Shown here in pieces: positions 37,901-51,100 of a stretch of 64,000 nt of DNA. Every line of letters starts with the position of its first letter. Within the stretch, counting starts at the first letter, position 1. Location of the stretch: positions 38,322 to 102,321 of the forward strand of contig NW_019217844.1 of NCBI RefSeq assembly GCF_002571385.2, given 5' to 3'. Source of the stretch: Stylophora pistillata (lineage: Eukaryota). The position numbers and the translations under genes were made by a program. The notes below the pieces were generated by a model. The model ran no database searches, was not told the DNA's origin, and worked only from the letters and a program-made list of their open reading frames with translations.

Positions 37901-38425
37901 ATTTCAAAGCGGATCATCCAAAACAGCCTTACGAGCATGAACAAAAATGTGAAAAGTTTACAAATTCCAAGTATAGCTAACTAAACGAACAAATTTATTT
38001 GGTGCTGACCCCATTCGATTCTAAAACTTCGAAATTTTTTATTAGTTTAGTCGAAACTCAGTACTCGTAAACATACATATATAGTTGACGCTGAAACTGA
38101 TTCTCTATCAATTACTAAAACAAATTATGCGAGAACAGGCGAAATTTTTCGCCATTTTCTTTGGCAACAAGTACTTCCTTTACTGAAACTATCGCTCAGG
38201 TTTTAACAAGCCTTGCCTGAGGCTACTTTTAGTAACCTAAAGCAACCGCTACGTACAATACCCAGTCATTTCTTACGAGCTATTTTTTCAGTTGATTTAT
38301 TGAACTTTTCAAGAGAGGAATGGACAAAATTTTACAAAATGTGTGTTTCTTTAACACTCCAGAGAATTACTGCTTAAAATAAATAAAATATAAACATCGA
38401 AAATGGAGGAAAGAGGTCTCAAAGA

Positions 38426-41400
38426 TCAAAGGTTCGGAAGTTTGTCCACAGGAGTAGCAAACTGGAAATCACTTGGAAAAAGTTCTGCTGCACGTAGATA
38501 GATAAGTCTGTACGATTGACGAATTGTAACGTCTGCTACACCAGCGATGTCGCCGATTTCTAAAAAAAAAACCACAAACTTAGTCATGTTTTGTAATCGC
38601 CATCATGTCTGAGCCAATGCCTTTGTCACTTACATTTAGCGCGAATCAAATGACTAACAACCGACATTGCATGTTAGAAGAATTTTCGAATGGATGTCTT
38701 TGTCACCGATCTAGAAAACTCGCACTTCTCCCTTGATCAACCATGCACAAGACCTGGACAACTCGGTCCACTAGCGACATTTTCCCGCGCTTTTGCCACT
38801 GGTTATGTATATTTACTTTGAATTCTGATTGGTTCCTTGAGGTACGTTCTTTCCCTCTACTTCGCCCTTGGTTTTCTCCGTGAAGTTCATGTCACTCCTC
38901 TGTATTTAAGATGCTTGCAGATAGCAGATTACCCTTAAATTTCGTCACACTTTCGTGCAGCTTAATCCAGAAAGATGTCATAAAAAGGTATTAAGAACAA
39001 ATTGAGCATTTAAACCTTTCTGTGATCTCTTTTCCTTCGATGCTTGAGACGCCATGTAAATTGCAGCAGCCGCCACCGAAATGGGACTTCGACTAACGGG
39101 AAATAAAAGAAGATAAAAATAATCGGTAAAAGAAAAAAGTAACGGTGCCGTTACCATTTCAGGGTTTTCTAAAAATAAAAGAGAAAATTGACGAGTAAAA
39201 CCTGGTTGAACCGTGCAGACTGTATCACTTCTTATATAGCCATTCTCAGCAAACCACAAAGAAAAGGAAGATCGTTGAATTCAACCCGACCTCAACTAGC
39301 CTTAGCCTTCCAGCCCTACAAATTATCTTGTAAATTCACTTCCCATTACGATACTCTCTTCTGTCACTCGTTAAGACTTATACAGCATAGTAAATAATTC
39401 TGCGCAAATAGATTACATTTTTCCCTACCAACATCAATCTGTATCATAAACGAACGTTGAGTCAGTGATACTAAATGAGGTAAAAAACTCACCCCGGCAC
39501 TAGATCTAAGTCAACCGCCTTCCGTGCGATATGTGTAGCAGCCTTTTGTACGTCGGGTGGAAGACCAAGATTGGAACAAAACCTCGACTAAAAAAGATCA
39601 CAAGCCGAGAAAAGTTAATTTCCTAAAGACGTGCAACGAGTGATTGGTTGTGTGAGTATAGACAGAAGGAGCACGCTGATTGGCTGATCAGTGAGCTTGC
39701 ACTTAACGGAGAGGAGGCCTTTCGCATTCAAGTATGAGAAAGAGAGAGAAAAGGAAGAGAAGTCTTGAAAGGATAACTGTAACGCTGCTCTGTCAACACG
39801 TGTCTAGTCTTACACATTTCTCGCAAAACGGGAAAACGGGGATAACAGAAGGCGCGTAAGGTAAAAAGGCTAGGAAATCCTGAGAAGAACCCAGTTTCTT
39901 TAGGTAGGTAAGTCAACGTTCGTTAAATAATTTTTCCCTAAAGCAGTTTTTACCAAACATTTTTTCCTTTTCCTAGGTCAGGGTTATGAGTAAAAAAAAC
40001 ACGGCCTTGGATAGGAGAGGCAGTGTTCGCTGAAGGTGGAGTGATTCAGACATATTTCCATTCACTGGGACCTCGCCCTCCTTTCTTATCCCCTGGAAGT
40101 CCAGACTGTCCAGGGTCACAAGAACGTTTTTCTTTTCCTCGGCGAAAAGTGCACGACACGGAAAGCAAAACTTGATATTTGAAGCCGAAAAAAAGCTTAT
40201 GGAAGGAAGAAAGAGGACTCTTTCTGGGTGTTTCAACTTACCATGAAATCTGCTGTTGTTATGAGGTCCACACTTGTCTCCAGGGCCTTTAGTATCAGTT
40301 TGAAACAACGGCCAATTTCCTTTTTTGAAATTTTGCTGATAGCGCAAATTTCTGTGGAATACAAATAGGCGATTACAGATGAACAACTGTTGATGGATCT
40401 GATGAGCAATTTTTGTGGAGACACTAATGAACCAGTACTTTACATTTGGAAAGTTAACAAAAATTCTTTTTTATTTAGACTGCTATCACTAGGAAACGAA
40501 ATCCTGTTAAAGTTCTATACATTTAATTCTGACAATAAATTGTTAAAGCAATCAATATCCCTAAGGTAATACTTTACACCTCATGAATTTTTTGCTGGGA
40601 TTGTATTGATAGTGCAGGAAGAAAATACTGCCCGATACATACAGATGATTGTGGTTACCTTTAAATGTCCGAGGAACACCCTCTTGTCGACAAGCAATGT
40701 ACAAACAAGCAGAAGCAATGGCATCATTACTCCTTCCTTTTAAACTTTTTTGTTCATGAACTTGTTTAAACAACTGATTGGCCCGATCCTTAGTAGCAAG
40801 AAAAATCAGCAATAAATCAGTTTCTTCAATTGTGAGTTATGAATGAAACCGTTTCATACAGCTACAAGACAAAGATAAACCTCTCTACAAAAGCCACTTT
40901 GCATAATGATCAAAACCTACAAATCACACAAGTTTGGGAGTTTACTTTCAATATGTGGGTCAAACATTGACTTCTGACTGGCATTTGCCACACTCACAGG
41001 TATGTTTAGTATGATAAATGACCACTTTTCAAGAAAATGGGGAAGTCATATCCCTCATTGAACCCCTTCCAACCCACCATCTTGATTCATTGGTGATGCG
41101 AATCCTGTTTCATGTATTAAGTGAAAAATTAAACAAGGGAAAAAAGGAGTGTGGCAATTAAGAAGAGGGAAAGAAAAGATTGCTCTTTCCATCCACATAT
41201 CATTTCCTGTCATTGTACCAACACCATTGTGCTGCTGTTTTATAACCAGACAACTTAGGAAAGAATAATTTTCCATACTCCTGGAACTTGCTTTTGGACC
41301 ACTAGTAAACTGTCAGTGCCTAAACCTAAAATACATGGCTGTGATTCACTTGTTTAACATGGCTTACCACTATTTTCCTGGGAAGATTTATCCTGTCAGC

Positions 41401-43761
41401 CATTACTCCAATTTCTCTAAAAGCATTCATGAGACTTCTGTCCGAACCAGTCAACTGAATTAAAAAAAAAAAACAGAAGAAAGAAACAAAACAAAACAAA
41501 AAAAAAAAGGATTAAAAGAACACGGTAGACATATCATTGTGCTTCAACTGCCCTTAACTGTTTAGCTGAACCTTAAAGAAGGTATTGTGAGTGAAAATTC
41601 ACTTTTCCTTGTAATTTCAGAGAGCAGGGTTTGTACACTTTTTCAGGCTAAAGATTCAAGGACTTTTCAAGGACTTTCCAAGACCCTACTTAGAAATTTC
41701 AAGGAATTTTTGTAATGACAATTTTACCTCAAAACCAAGAAAAATGTTTCTGTTAACATCTATGTTTTGGGTTTACTGATGGTGCAAAACAAAAGCAGAT
41801 ATTTTTCAATGTTCTTCAATAAAAAATCAAGGACTTTCAAGGACCCAAAACGAAATTCAAGTACTTTCAAGGCCTTGAAATCGGCCTCCTGAAATTCAAG
41901 GGTTTTCAAGGGTTTTCAAGACACATACGAACCCTGAGAGAGGGACATAGCCAGCTTTTCGACTTGTTGTATGCCTGATCCCATAAGAAATCCCAATTTC
42001 GTTTCAACATTAGCAAGAGTCATATTAAAAAAAGTCAAGCAGGTGGAAAATGAATGGTAGGCCCAGGCCTATGGGCCTATAGGCCGGCTACACTCCTATC
42101 AGTGCAACTCACTCCGCCTCGATTGTGATATTTAGAGTATCCATCTGTTTCACTGTTTCCCACTGGGACTCTTTCAATTATTGTTGAGAGGTCTCCACCA
42201 CCTAATAATGGATTCTAAATAGAGACATACAGTGAATAAAATCAATTGTCAATTTAGTATCAAAATCTATGCAGTATTACTTTGGTTTTGCTCTACTTGG
42301 CTTCTAATGCTTGAGGTTTGACTTTTACTCTCATTTATTTCATTTATTTATTTTTCTTGTCTTGAACAATAAATTTTGTCAGCTGCCACCTCTTATTGAA
42401 ACCTCTAAAACTGTCTTAAGCACCCAGACAACAAATATAGAAATAGTAATAAAATAATATGCCACTCACAAATCATTGCACCATCATTGTTTTGTGATTT
42501 AAAAAGAAAAAATATCTTACCTGTGCTGCTCCAACACGAGAAGGATCACTAGTGGCCTTCTCGTTACTGAACGTTCGCCACTCTGAGCCAACATCTACCA
42601 CTCTACATAAAAGAAGAAAATAAAACCAAATATAGAGATCAAATTTAAATTATTTTTGTAATGTACACATCCCTTTGTTATAGGTACAGCACTGGTCTCT
42701 TGTAAAACCACAAAGTTTGAGAGATAATTGTTAATAATCAGGAAGATCCAGGTGATTATCTAGCAACTGTGCTTCACTTTCATGGTTATCAGAATCAAAT
42801 TAAGAATTGAAAAAATCTACAATAAAATAATGAAAGATTTTTGTTTCTAAAGTCATACTGCATTTAAATGAGAAATTACATAATTTTTCTGGGTTGTAAA
42901 TCAACTGACCAGGAGAAACTATTCTGCACAGAATCATCAAGGTCTGAGTTGATGGCATGCTTAATGATGAAATGACAGAAAAAAAATGAGAGTATATTCT
43001 TAAGATCCAATAAGATGTGATAAAGAGGCACCAGCTTCTACTGCTTTGAAAAACAATATTCCAATATAAGAGTGGAATCAATCCAAGCAGGTCCCTTTCT
43101 TATTTTAATTTTCTGTAACTTCCTTCTATGGTAGATGACGTCAGCATAACACCAGGTCATATGCTTCTACACTGGAAATTTACTTGAATCGATATTAACC
43201 CCCTGGCAGAACTTTCTTCAGTTTCAACAAAAACGCCGTATAACTTGGAGGAAGTTTTAAAATATTTTCTAGTTATGTAACAAGATACATATGAAAGCAG
43301 AAGATAGCAACGAAACGAAGGAACAGATTTCGAAGTATGAGTCTTTTCTCAAACTGATCTGATAAGATCCTCACGAGTAGACATGTTTCTGTTTATTCAA
43401 CATCAACAGCAAAGGTTCTATCAATCACTCAATCGCTTTGAGAAATGAAGGAAGTAAAAAGGAATCTATAAATTTCATAGAGAGTGACAAAAATATAGAT
43501 ATTAATTGACTTTTATAGATATTAATTGATTTTTATCATATTATATAAGCTTACCGATCTCCGACAACAAGACCGCATTCGGAGCAAATCATGTCTCCTG
43601 CTCGATAATCTTCTATCAAGGGTGCCTCGGGATGATGAGAACATTTTATGGTCTGCGAGCTGAAACACGAGCGAAAAAAATTGAAAATTATAAAGCAAGT
43701 CCACTGCCGTAAATAAGAATTGCTATTAATTATGAGAGAGGCTTACTGACCTACTTGCCAT
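38426..43761 (-). CDS. GTF2B: General transcription factor IIB. Exons 43751-43761, 43555-43659, 42521-42602, 42113-42214, 41368-41454, 40659-40788, 40242-40351, 39493-39587, 39016-39092, 38426-38559
   Basis: Zn ribbon CSHHP...[21 protein letters not shown]-reader [12 protein letters not shown], cyclin repeats [21 protein letters not shown] and [17 protein letters not shown]...[17 protein letters not shown]; continuous frame. Confidence 0.98.
41625..41936. mobile_element. CAGGGTT-terminated MITE with TTCAAGG subrepeats (related copy at 48753-49205)
   Basis: CAGGGTTTGTAC...TACGAACCCTG; multiple TTTCAAGGAC repeats in both copies. Confidence 0.75.
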
Positions 43762-43919
43762 GGCTCACTATTCGATACAATCTTAAACTTGAGGCACCGC
43801 GCACTTTATAGGTTTCCATACCGGAAGTGACGTAATGAAGGAAACCGATAGGCTACTTTGGGTGATCACTCCTTATTAAACGCCCAAGGAACTTACTTCA
43901 AGTGGGAGTTTCGCTGACG
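43762..43919. promoter_or_regulatory. Bidirectional promoter GTF2B / C12orf57
   Basis: Divergent ATGs with only 158 bp between them; ETS-CRE composite CCGGAAGTGACGTAA at 43821-43835; TATAAAG on the minus strand at 43804-43810. Confidence 0.75.
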
Positions 43920-44488
43920 ATGGCTCAAAATCGGTTGTCAAACGTGACAGTGGAACAAGTTAAAGGTGATACATTCATAACACGACGTTTTGTTTGCATC
44001 AGCACAATCTTTCAGAGCTGTAAATGAGATGTGTTGCTCCAGATGACCTCTGATCAGCTTTTGTTTGTTGCTTGTTTACGTCCCAGTTAACTGTGTAAAA
44101 TACTTTCCATAATGATCAGAAACGTTCAGAAATGGTGTCAGGATGTTTTAATTTTGTCCGATTTGAGGGGTAGGTTTAAATAATCAAGGTGGGACTTTCC
44201 AAAACCAAGCGAAGTTGAGCAAGAAGGAAACAGGTAGAGACTGAGGGCTTTGTATATGCTGGGATATAAAGCTTTAGTGTTTAAGTGCAAGGATCAGCTA
44301 TGCTTAGCATTTAGTATCACAACTTTACTCATCGTGGGGAAGTTTTTTTTTCCGAAATTATTTACTTAATAAGAATCCACGTTTTCGTCTCAGTCTTCGT
44401 CATAACGAGTACCACTTCCTGCTAGAGATTGAGGTTCTGGCTTCCTCTTTTACCCAGATGAAATAAGTGTATCTTATTAGTTTTGTTG

Positions 44489-44528
<40 letters not shown>

Positions 44529-45413
44529 TTGCGAGCCCGTAGGGCGAGTCAAAATACAAACAACGAGTACAAATATCGCGTACAATTATGGCGTGATATT
44601 TGTATTCGTCTCGCGTCTTATTTGTACTCTACGAAGCACAGTTGGATAATAATCGGTAACATAACACTCCCACTATTTCGACCAATACTCCTACATCTCA
44701 AGGACTGTTCCTTGGGTAGAGGGGGAAGTCTGGTGAGTATCTAGGTATCATTATTCTAAACCTTTGTGTTATCCATGTGATTCAGCTGCCATGAAAGAAA
44801 TTTTAGAAGCATTTGACAAGCCACAAAACAAAGCTAAAATACAAGAAATTGAACAAGAGGCTGGTAGTGATTTGGTAAAGCTCCTTCAAGAACGACTGCC
44901 ATTTGCTGCAGAAATTCAAAAAGAGGTGATAAAGTGTCATGGCTTCTCTGATGATGGAGATCAAGGTAACTTTGTTTTGACATCCTGGGAAATGGGAGAT
45001 AGCAGAGAAATGGGAAAGGAAAAAATGCACTTTCTCCTGTTACCCTTTCACCACTTAGTCTTTTTCACCCTTACCTCCTGGTTGCCAGAAATGGCATTCA
45101 CTGGATCATCCATAAAAAGAAACTGCCGGCCAGGTCACTCAATCCTGAATCTTAAGCACTAATCTACAGGAAGTGCTAATTAAAGTGTAGAGAACTTCTA
45201 GAAAAAAGGTCAGTTCACCTTTAAATTGGATGGTCTGTCCCATCGGTTCAAACTAATGGTGAGTTCTCAGAGCAGTGAGTTACTTTCATTTTGAGTGTCA
45301 CTTACCACAATTATTTTATTCTGGGGGCTGCCGTCAATGAGAATTTAGTTCCTCTCTGGCTTGACCCTTTTTGCCTTTTTGCATCTCGATGTTATTTCTA
45401 TTGTTATCTGTCT

Positions 45414-45450
<37 letters not shown>

Positions 45451-45797
45451 CTTATTATTTAGGCAAATGAAGTTATTATAAACAGAGATGCAAAAATCAA
45501 CTTTGCTGTAATTAATTTGCTTTTTTTTAGAACTATGGTATTTCTACGCATTTTATGCTAGAAAAGAAATCAAACAATGACTGTTTGATTTGATATTACT
45601 CAGAATACAATTTAAAATAAGTCAACTAAATGGTTTATTAATTTGATTTTTCTTTAGGTTCTCTTACATTCACTCATGCCATCAAGTTGTTTGAAAACGA
45701 GGATGAAGAAATTGCCAGCATGGCAGCTGATCTGAAAACAAAGTTCATTCCTTCCCTTCCACACCCACCTCTTTTTGTTCCAAGGGATGTCACATAA
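43920..45797 (+). CDS. C12orf57: Protein C10 (GRCC10) homologue. Exons 43920-43965, 44786-44965, 45658-45797
   Basis: TVEQVKAAMKEILEAFDKPQN...LPFAAEIQKEVIKCHGFSDDGDQGSLTFTHAIKLFENEDEEIASMAADLKTKFIP matches the C10 family pattern. Confidence 0.9.
44480..44590. mobile_element. Hairpin element with CCGTAGG apex
   Basis: GTATTTT...GCCCGTAGGGC...AAAATAC imperfect palindrome. Confidence 0.6.
45416..45458. repeat. (TTA)n microsatellite
   Basis: Directly visible. Confidence 0.9.
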
Positions 45798-47449
45798 CAA
45801 ACTTCAAACTTCTCATCATAAAATAATCCTTTACAGTAGATAAAAATTGGCTTGATCATCAGAAGAAATATCATTGGGTCAAGGTGTTTTATGTCTGTTG
45901 TAAGTTTAGGTATGGTACGAGCCAGTTTTATGAAAGAGATTCAGTTTTAAAATCCAAGCATTTTTTAATTTTATGAAGTTCTTCATATTACCAAGAGTCT
46001 ATAGTTACCATGTGTACTCAACAGGGTTATTAAAGAAACATTTGGTATTAAGGCTTCACTGTCTAGATGGCATAAAGGCAACAACAACAACAAAAAAAGT
46101 CTTTTTATAGGATTACACAATTACTGGTGAACCAGTAGTTTCCATTGTGGTCCTTGCAAACAAATGAAACAAATGGTCTAAATTGAACATAATATCATTA
46201 AGAACATCATTAAGAACCCCAACTGGCCGGAGGCAAACCAGTTGGCNNNNNNNNNNNNNNNNNNNNNNNNNNNNNNNNNNNNNNNNNNNNNNNNNNNNNN
46301 NNNNNNNNNNNNNNNNNNNNNNNNNNNNNNNNNNNNNNNNNNNNNNNNNNNNNNNNNNNNNNNNNNNNNNNNNNNNNNNNNNNNNNNNNNNNNNNNNNNN
46401 NNNNNNNNNNNNNNNNNNNNNNNNNNNNNNNNNNNNNNNNNNNNNNNNNNNNNNNNNNNNNNNNNNNNNNNNNNNNNNNNNNNNNNNNNNNNNNNNNNNN
46501 NNNNNNNNNNNNNNNTCTTTAAAGATCAATAGATTTTCAAGCAAAGATGTGACAAGAATTAAAAATATCAACTGTCTAATGTTGTTTTACACTCAAGCTA
46601 AAATTTGAGGTAATGTATGGTAGAGGGTGTGGTGTATAGACATGTAAATCTTGTTGATAAAAGGGTTAACCAATCAAACTTGCACAGACCATAGTACTCA
46701 GAACACAAATTAGAGAACCAGTGCTAAGGAAAATGAACTGAGCATGTTCTTAGATCTCTGCCACGGGTTGTCTAAATATGATCAAAACACAAACACACAC
46801 AAAAATAAAATGGTTTCACCAATACTATGTGCATTCATAAAAATCTCAATCATTATTGACATTTTCTAAGCATATGCCAGGCTATCAGAAAGTGGGAATG
46901 AGAAAAAAACAAATGAATAAAACTTGGAAGGGGGTCTGGAAAGGAAGGATAAAGGAGGGCGAAGGATGCAGAGGGGCTAGAAACATTTCTCCTCAGGGTG
47001 AGAGTATGGCTACACAAAGGCTAAAGAGGGGCAATATCTCTCTCTTCCATTCATTAGTCCTTCTTGGTTTCTTTCTTGCTTGCCAGGTTGTTTTGCTCCT
47101 CGTCTCAAACTGACTGCTGAAAAGAGGCTATCTTTTTTTAGCATGAAAGCATCGTCACCAAAAGTAAAATGCCCACCTGACATCTGTGTGATTATCAGTG
47201 TGTAAAATTATGAGTAACACGATTTGAAAATCATGTAAAATTAAGAAACAAACTATAGTGTAACTTGTAAGGAATATTTTTATTCACACTGTGTCCATTG
47301 ACAAGATTTGGTTGTCCTTTTCTAAAAATGTACCTAGTGGTATATTGAAAAAAATAATAGTTATCTTGTTATTTGTAAAGTAAGATTATTTTCACATGTA
47401 TCAGAAAAAATAACCACAGCTTCCTGTATAATTGTTTTAACAACAATTC

Positions 47450-47613
47450 ACTGAATCGAAATATGGCATCCAATTTGAATTACCATTGTTCTGGACTTCC
47501 TAGCCTCGTCTTCACATGGAAACATAAAAGGATTATCACATGTGTGAGAGGCTAGTAAGTCTACAACAATCATTATGGCAATTCAAATTGGACACCATAT
47601 TTCGATTCGGTGT
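47450..47613. mobile_element. Short TIR MITE
   Basis: ACTGAATCGAAATATGGCATCCAATTTGAATT...AATTCAAATTGGACACCATATTTCGATTCGGT. Confidence 0.75.
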
Positions 47614-48112
47614 ATAGTTTATATATTATTCTTGCAACTTTTTTCTTCCCCAAAATCCAATTCTATTATAAAGAATGAAATTCACCAATTATGCTGTTTT
47701 TTTTTTCTTTCGATTGTTTAGAGGGTATGATTTTCTGATAACAAAAATATAGCAAACAAAGGCCTCTCCTTAGCAGATAAATTGAAAATGTTATCTTAGT
47801 TGCTTTCCACCTTTACATAAATTGTTACATACAAAGCATACGATCCTGACAGTAATTAAATCAGTTTTCCAATAGTAAATAAAACCAGTTTTAAAATGTA
47901 TACTAAAACTGAATCCAAACTGGATTTAAACAGTATTGATATCATATTGATATCATTTAATATATATTCTGCAAAATAGTAAATAAGCATTTCAGCCTCT
48001 GTGTAATATTATGTTGGTAGGCAATTAAACTGTCAAGTTAATCTAAATTTCGATTCATGTTTCTCTTGAAGGAGAGCATTCAGTCTAGTATTTTTGTCAC
48101 TATTAATACTTG

Positions 48113-51100
48113 TCATCTGGTTAATTCTGGTGTATTGTCATCATGTAAATATTCTCTCACAAGCACGATGCATTGTTCATATGTACAGAAAATGATTGCC
48201 ACAGACAAACCAGCCTGAAATAGGACAAACAAGTTATTTTGTTATGAATTAAAGTTGGCCTGAGAACCAAGTGCCCTATCTGGCTTGAGTTAACCCTTTA
48301 CACCCCAACACAAATTGCATATTCTCCATACTGTTCTCTATAATTTCCTAAGATGCCAACAAGGAGAATTTCTTTAACAATCAAGAGGGTCTTTAGTTAG
48401 TGATCATTTCTGTTATTCTCACGACCTTAATGTTTGACTCAGGGGTGATATTGTGGAGAGAGATTAGATGCTGGTCACCATTAGGCTAAGGGTAAAAGAC
48501 TTAGTTCTGGTTTGCTTAGCATGAAGCAGCAAATGGTAGTACTGCTACTTAACCTGATGGTAAGCTACTCCACCCCAAGTTACCCTTCAGCATTTCCACA
48601 GGCTTTGGTGTTAATTTACTGCAACCCAATTATTCTCCTGGGTGGAGAGAGGCACTGAAGAGTGAAGTGTCCCACCCACTGACACAAAACAATGACCTCC
48701 CCCCCCCAGGGCTTTAACCTGGACATTTCCATTTCAGTGGTCTAACCATAAGCAGGGTTCTTGCACTTTTTCACGAACCCAATTCAAGGATTTTCAAGGA
48801 CTTTTTAAGTCATTTTCAAGACCTTGTCTCTCAAATTTAAGGAGCTTTTGCATTAAATAGGAGCCAATAGAAATAAAAAACATTGTTATTTATTGTTAAA
48901 AGTAACAAATAAAGATACACTCATGTCTTTGTAAGGTACAAAATATATAAAAATCACATGTCAAATGTCATAATCGGATGCAGGATTTGAAAGGAAAACT
49001 CGTTTTCATGATTTGTGCTAGAAACTTACACTTTCAACACCAGAAACAAAAGAAAACTTTGACTTTGATTCATCTGCACTTATTTTCAAGGACTTAGCAG
49101 AAATTTTCAAAGACCCGAGTCTAAATTCAAGGGTTTTCAAGTCCTTGAATACAAAAAATTAACTTCAAGGATTTTCCATGACTTTCAGGGAGTGTGGGAA
49201 CCCTGTATTAGGTCACTGCCTCTCTGAATTCTTTTCAATACAAAGGAACTTTGTCTAGTAGTATCTAAATATTGCTGAAGATAAGAGAACTGCTACATAA
49301 AAGTGCATGCATCCTTGATCATGGTAACTATGGTAAGATTCTTTAAGGGTTTTAAGCAAAGTGATGTGAGGCTGGGATGAGATGCTTAATAAGAACCCAA
49401 ACATTTATCGTTGTGAGCAGTGATCCTAAAGTAACTCCTGTTTTGCCATACATCACTTGATGACAATGCATTAAGTAACAAATAATGGCTGCACCCTACT
49501 CACCTTAAGTGTACTTGGGGCCAGTCCTTTGAAAAAGCCAAAAGCACCCTCTTCTCTAAGGATAATTCTAAAGCAGTCTAACATGCCATTATATTTCTGA
49601 ACTCTTCCAAATATCTCCCTGGCATCCTGAAATCCTTGAACCTTTGGCATTAGAATAAAAAAAAAAAACAACAACAACAACCTGAGCAAAAATCAAGATT
49701 ATTAAACAAAAATTTAACAAGAGAGAAATTTGTATCAGCTAGGAGGTAGAAGTACAAATATCTAAAATCAACCAATCATTTTTTTCTGTCAACACAAAAG
49801 CCAAGGTTTGTGAAAGATAAAGTTTGTAAGATGAGGTTTTGTCATTTTAAACCAAATGACAGAATAAGAATTCAAAATAACACAAGATCAAATGAAGTAA
49901 TTAAAAACAGTTAACTTTGAAATACATGTCAGTAAATGAAATCTCAATACAAGTTATCATATATAAATGCTTTGTATCATATAAAATAATATCAGTCAAT
50001 AATGAAGTGTATTAGTACTGGTATATAGAGGTACTTTTGGCATGTGCTGATTGGCTAATTTGGAAGTGAATAGCAAGTACCTCTGAGCAGCCAGAGAAAC
50101 AAAATCATACGTGAAGTTTCATTTCTGTCCATTTTTTGGTAAATTGAACGAAATCAAGTAATCTTTTGGTCTCTGTGTGGTATATAGTAAAACAACTATT
50201 CACCTCAGTGTCAGTGAGAGTGGTGGATATTTACCATGCCACAAAAGGCAAGATAAATATCCACCATTAATCACCTCCACTTTAGTGAATAATTGTTCAT
50301 TAGAAAACATGCTATGGGAGTTATAGGAATTTAAATTTTACAAAATTAATCATTGAGTGAGGTGTAAAGAAAATCCTGACATAACTTGTATTGGGATGAG
50401 GATTCTGACTATCAAAGAGGCAAGTTCTTCAAGTTACAATCAGTATTCAGGTTAGACTTACCTAGCAGTGGCATCATACAGTTTTTATAAGCAGTTAGAC
50501 CCCATTTGTAATGAAGGTTTCGGTTTAATGGCAAACAAACACTGTACCCAACATTCCAACAAGTCCCAGGCAAGAGTTAAACAGAAATGAATAAAAGAGT
50601 TGATTAAACCAAATTAACATTCAAACGGAGTTACCCAGAGTTCTATTAAGTTCTATTAATAATCAAGTGAGGGGTAAAGAAAATCCTGAGACAACCTGTA
50701 CTCCATTGTTTAGACCAAATTAACATTCAAATAGAGTTACCCAGAGTTCTATTAAGTTCTAACATTGAATATGTTTGACTAGTTAAAACAACACACCTGC
50801 AGCCTTTTCTTCACCATATCTAGAGGATAAATAACCCCTTTGCTAAAAAATCCTGCTATTGCTCCACAAACAAGACTTTCATCCACCCCTGCTGCTTTGT
50901 AAGGATCTTGTCTCTATGATAAAATAAATATTTTACATCTTAGAAAAAGTAATGAGCTGTATTCCAAGTGGAACAATTGTTAGTTCAGACACTTAGCATG
51001 AGAGTAATAACTTTCTGTTGGATTGTGTTGAGGGTTACTGTTACAGTATACTCACATTAATCATGATACTTTTGCAAAGTAAATTAATTTATTTTTCACC

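Noticed and set aside
43762-44400. Possible U7 snRNA near C12orf57, as in the human locus
   Set aside because: No convincing U7 Sm site followed by a terminal stem-loop was seen
46113-46608. ORFs spanning N runs (also at 4969-5297 and 24491-24778)
   Set aside because: Artefacts of assembly gaps
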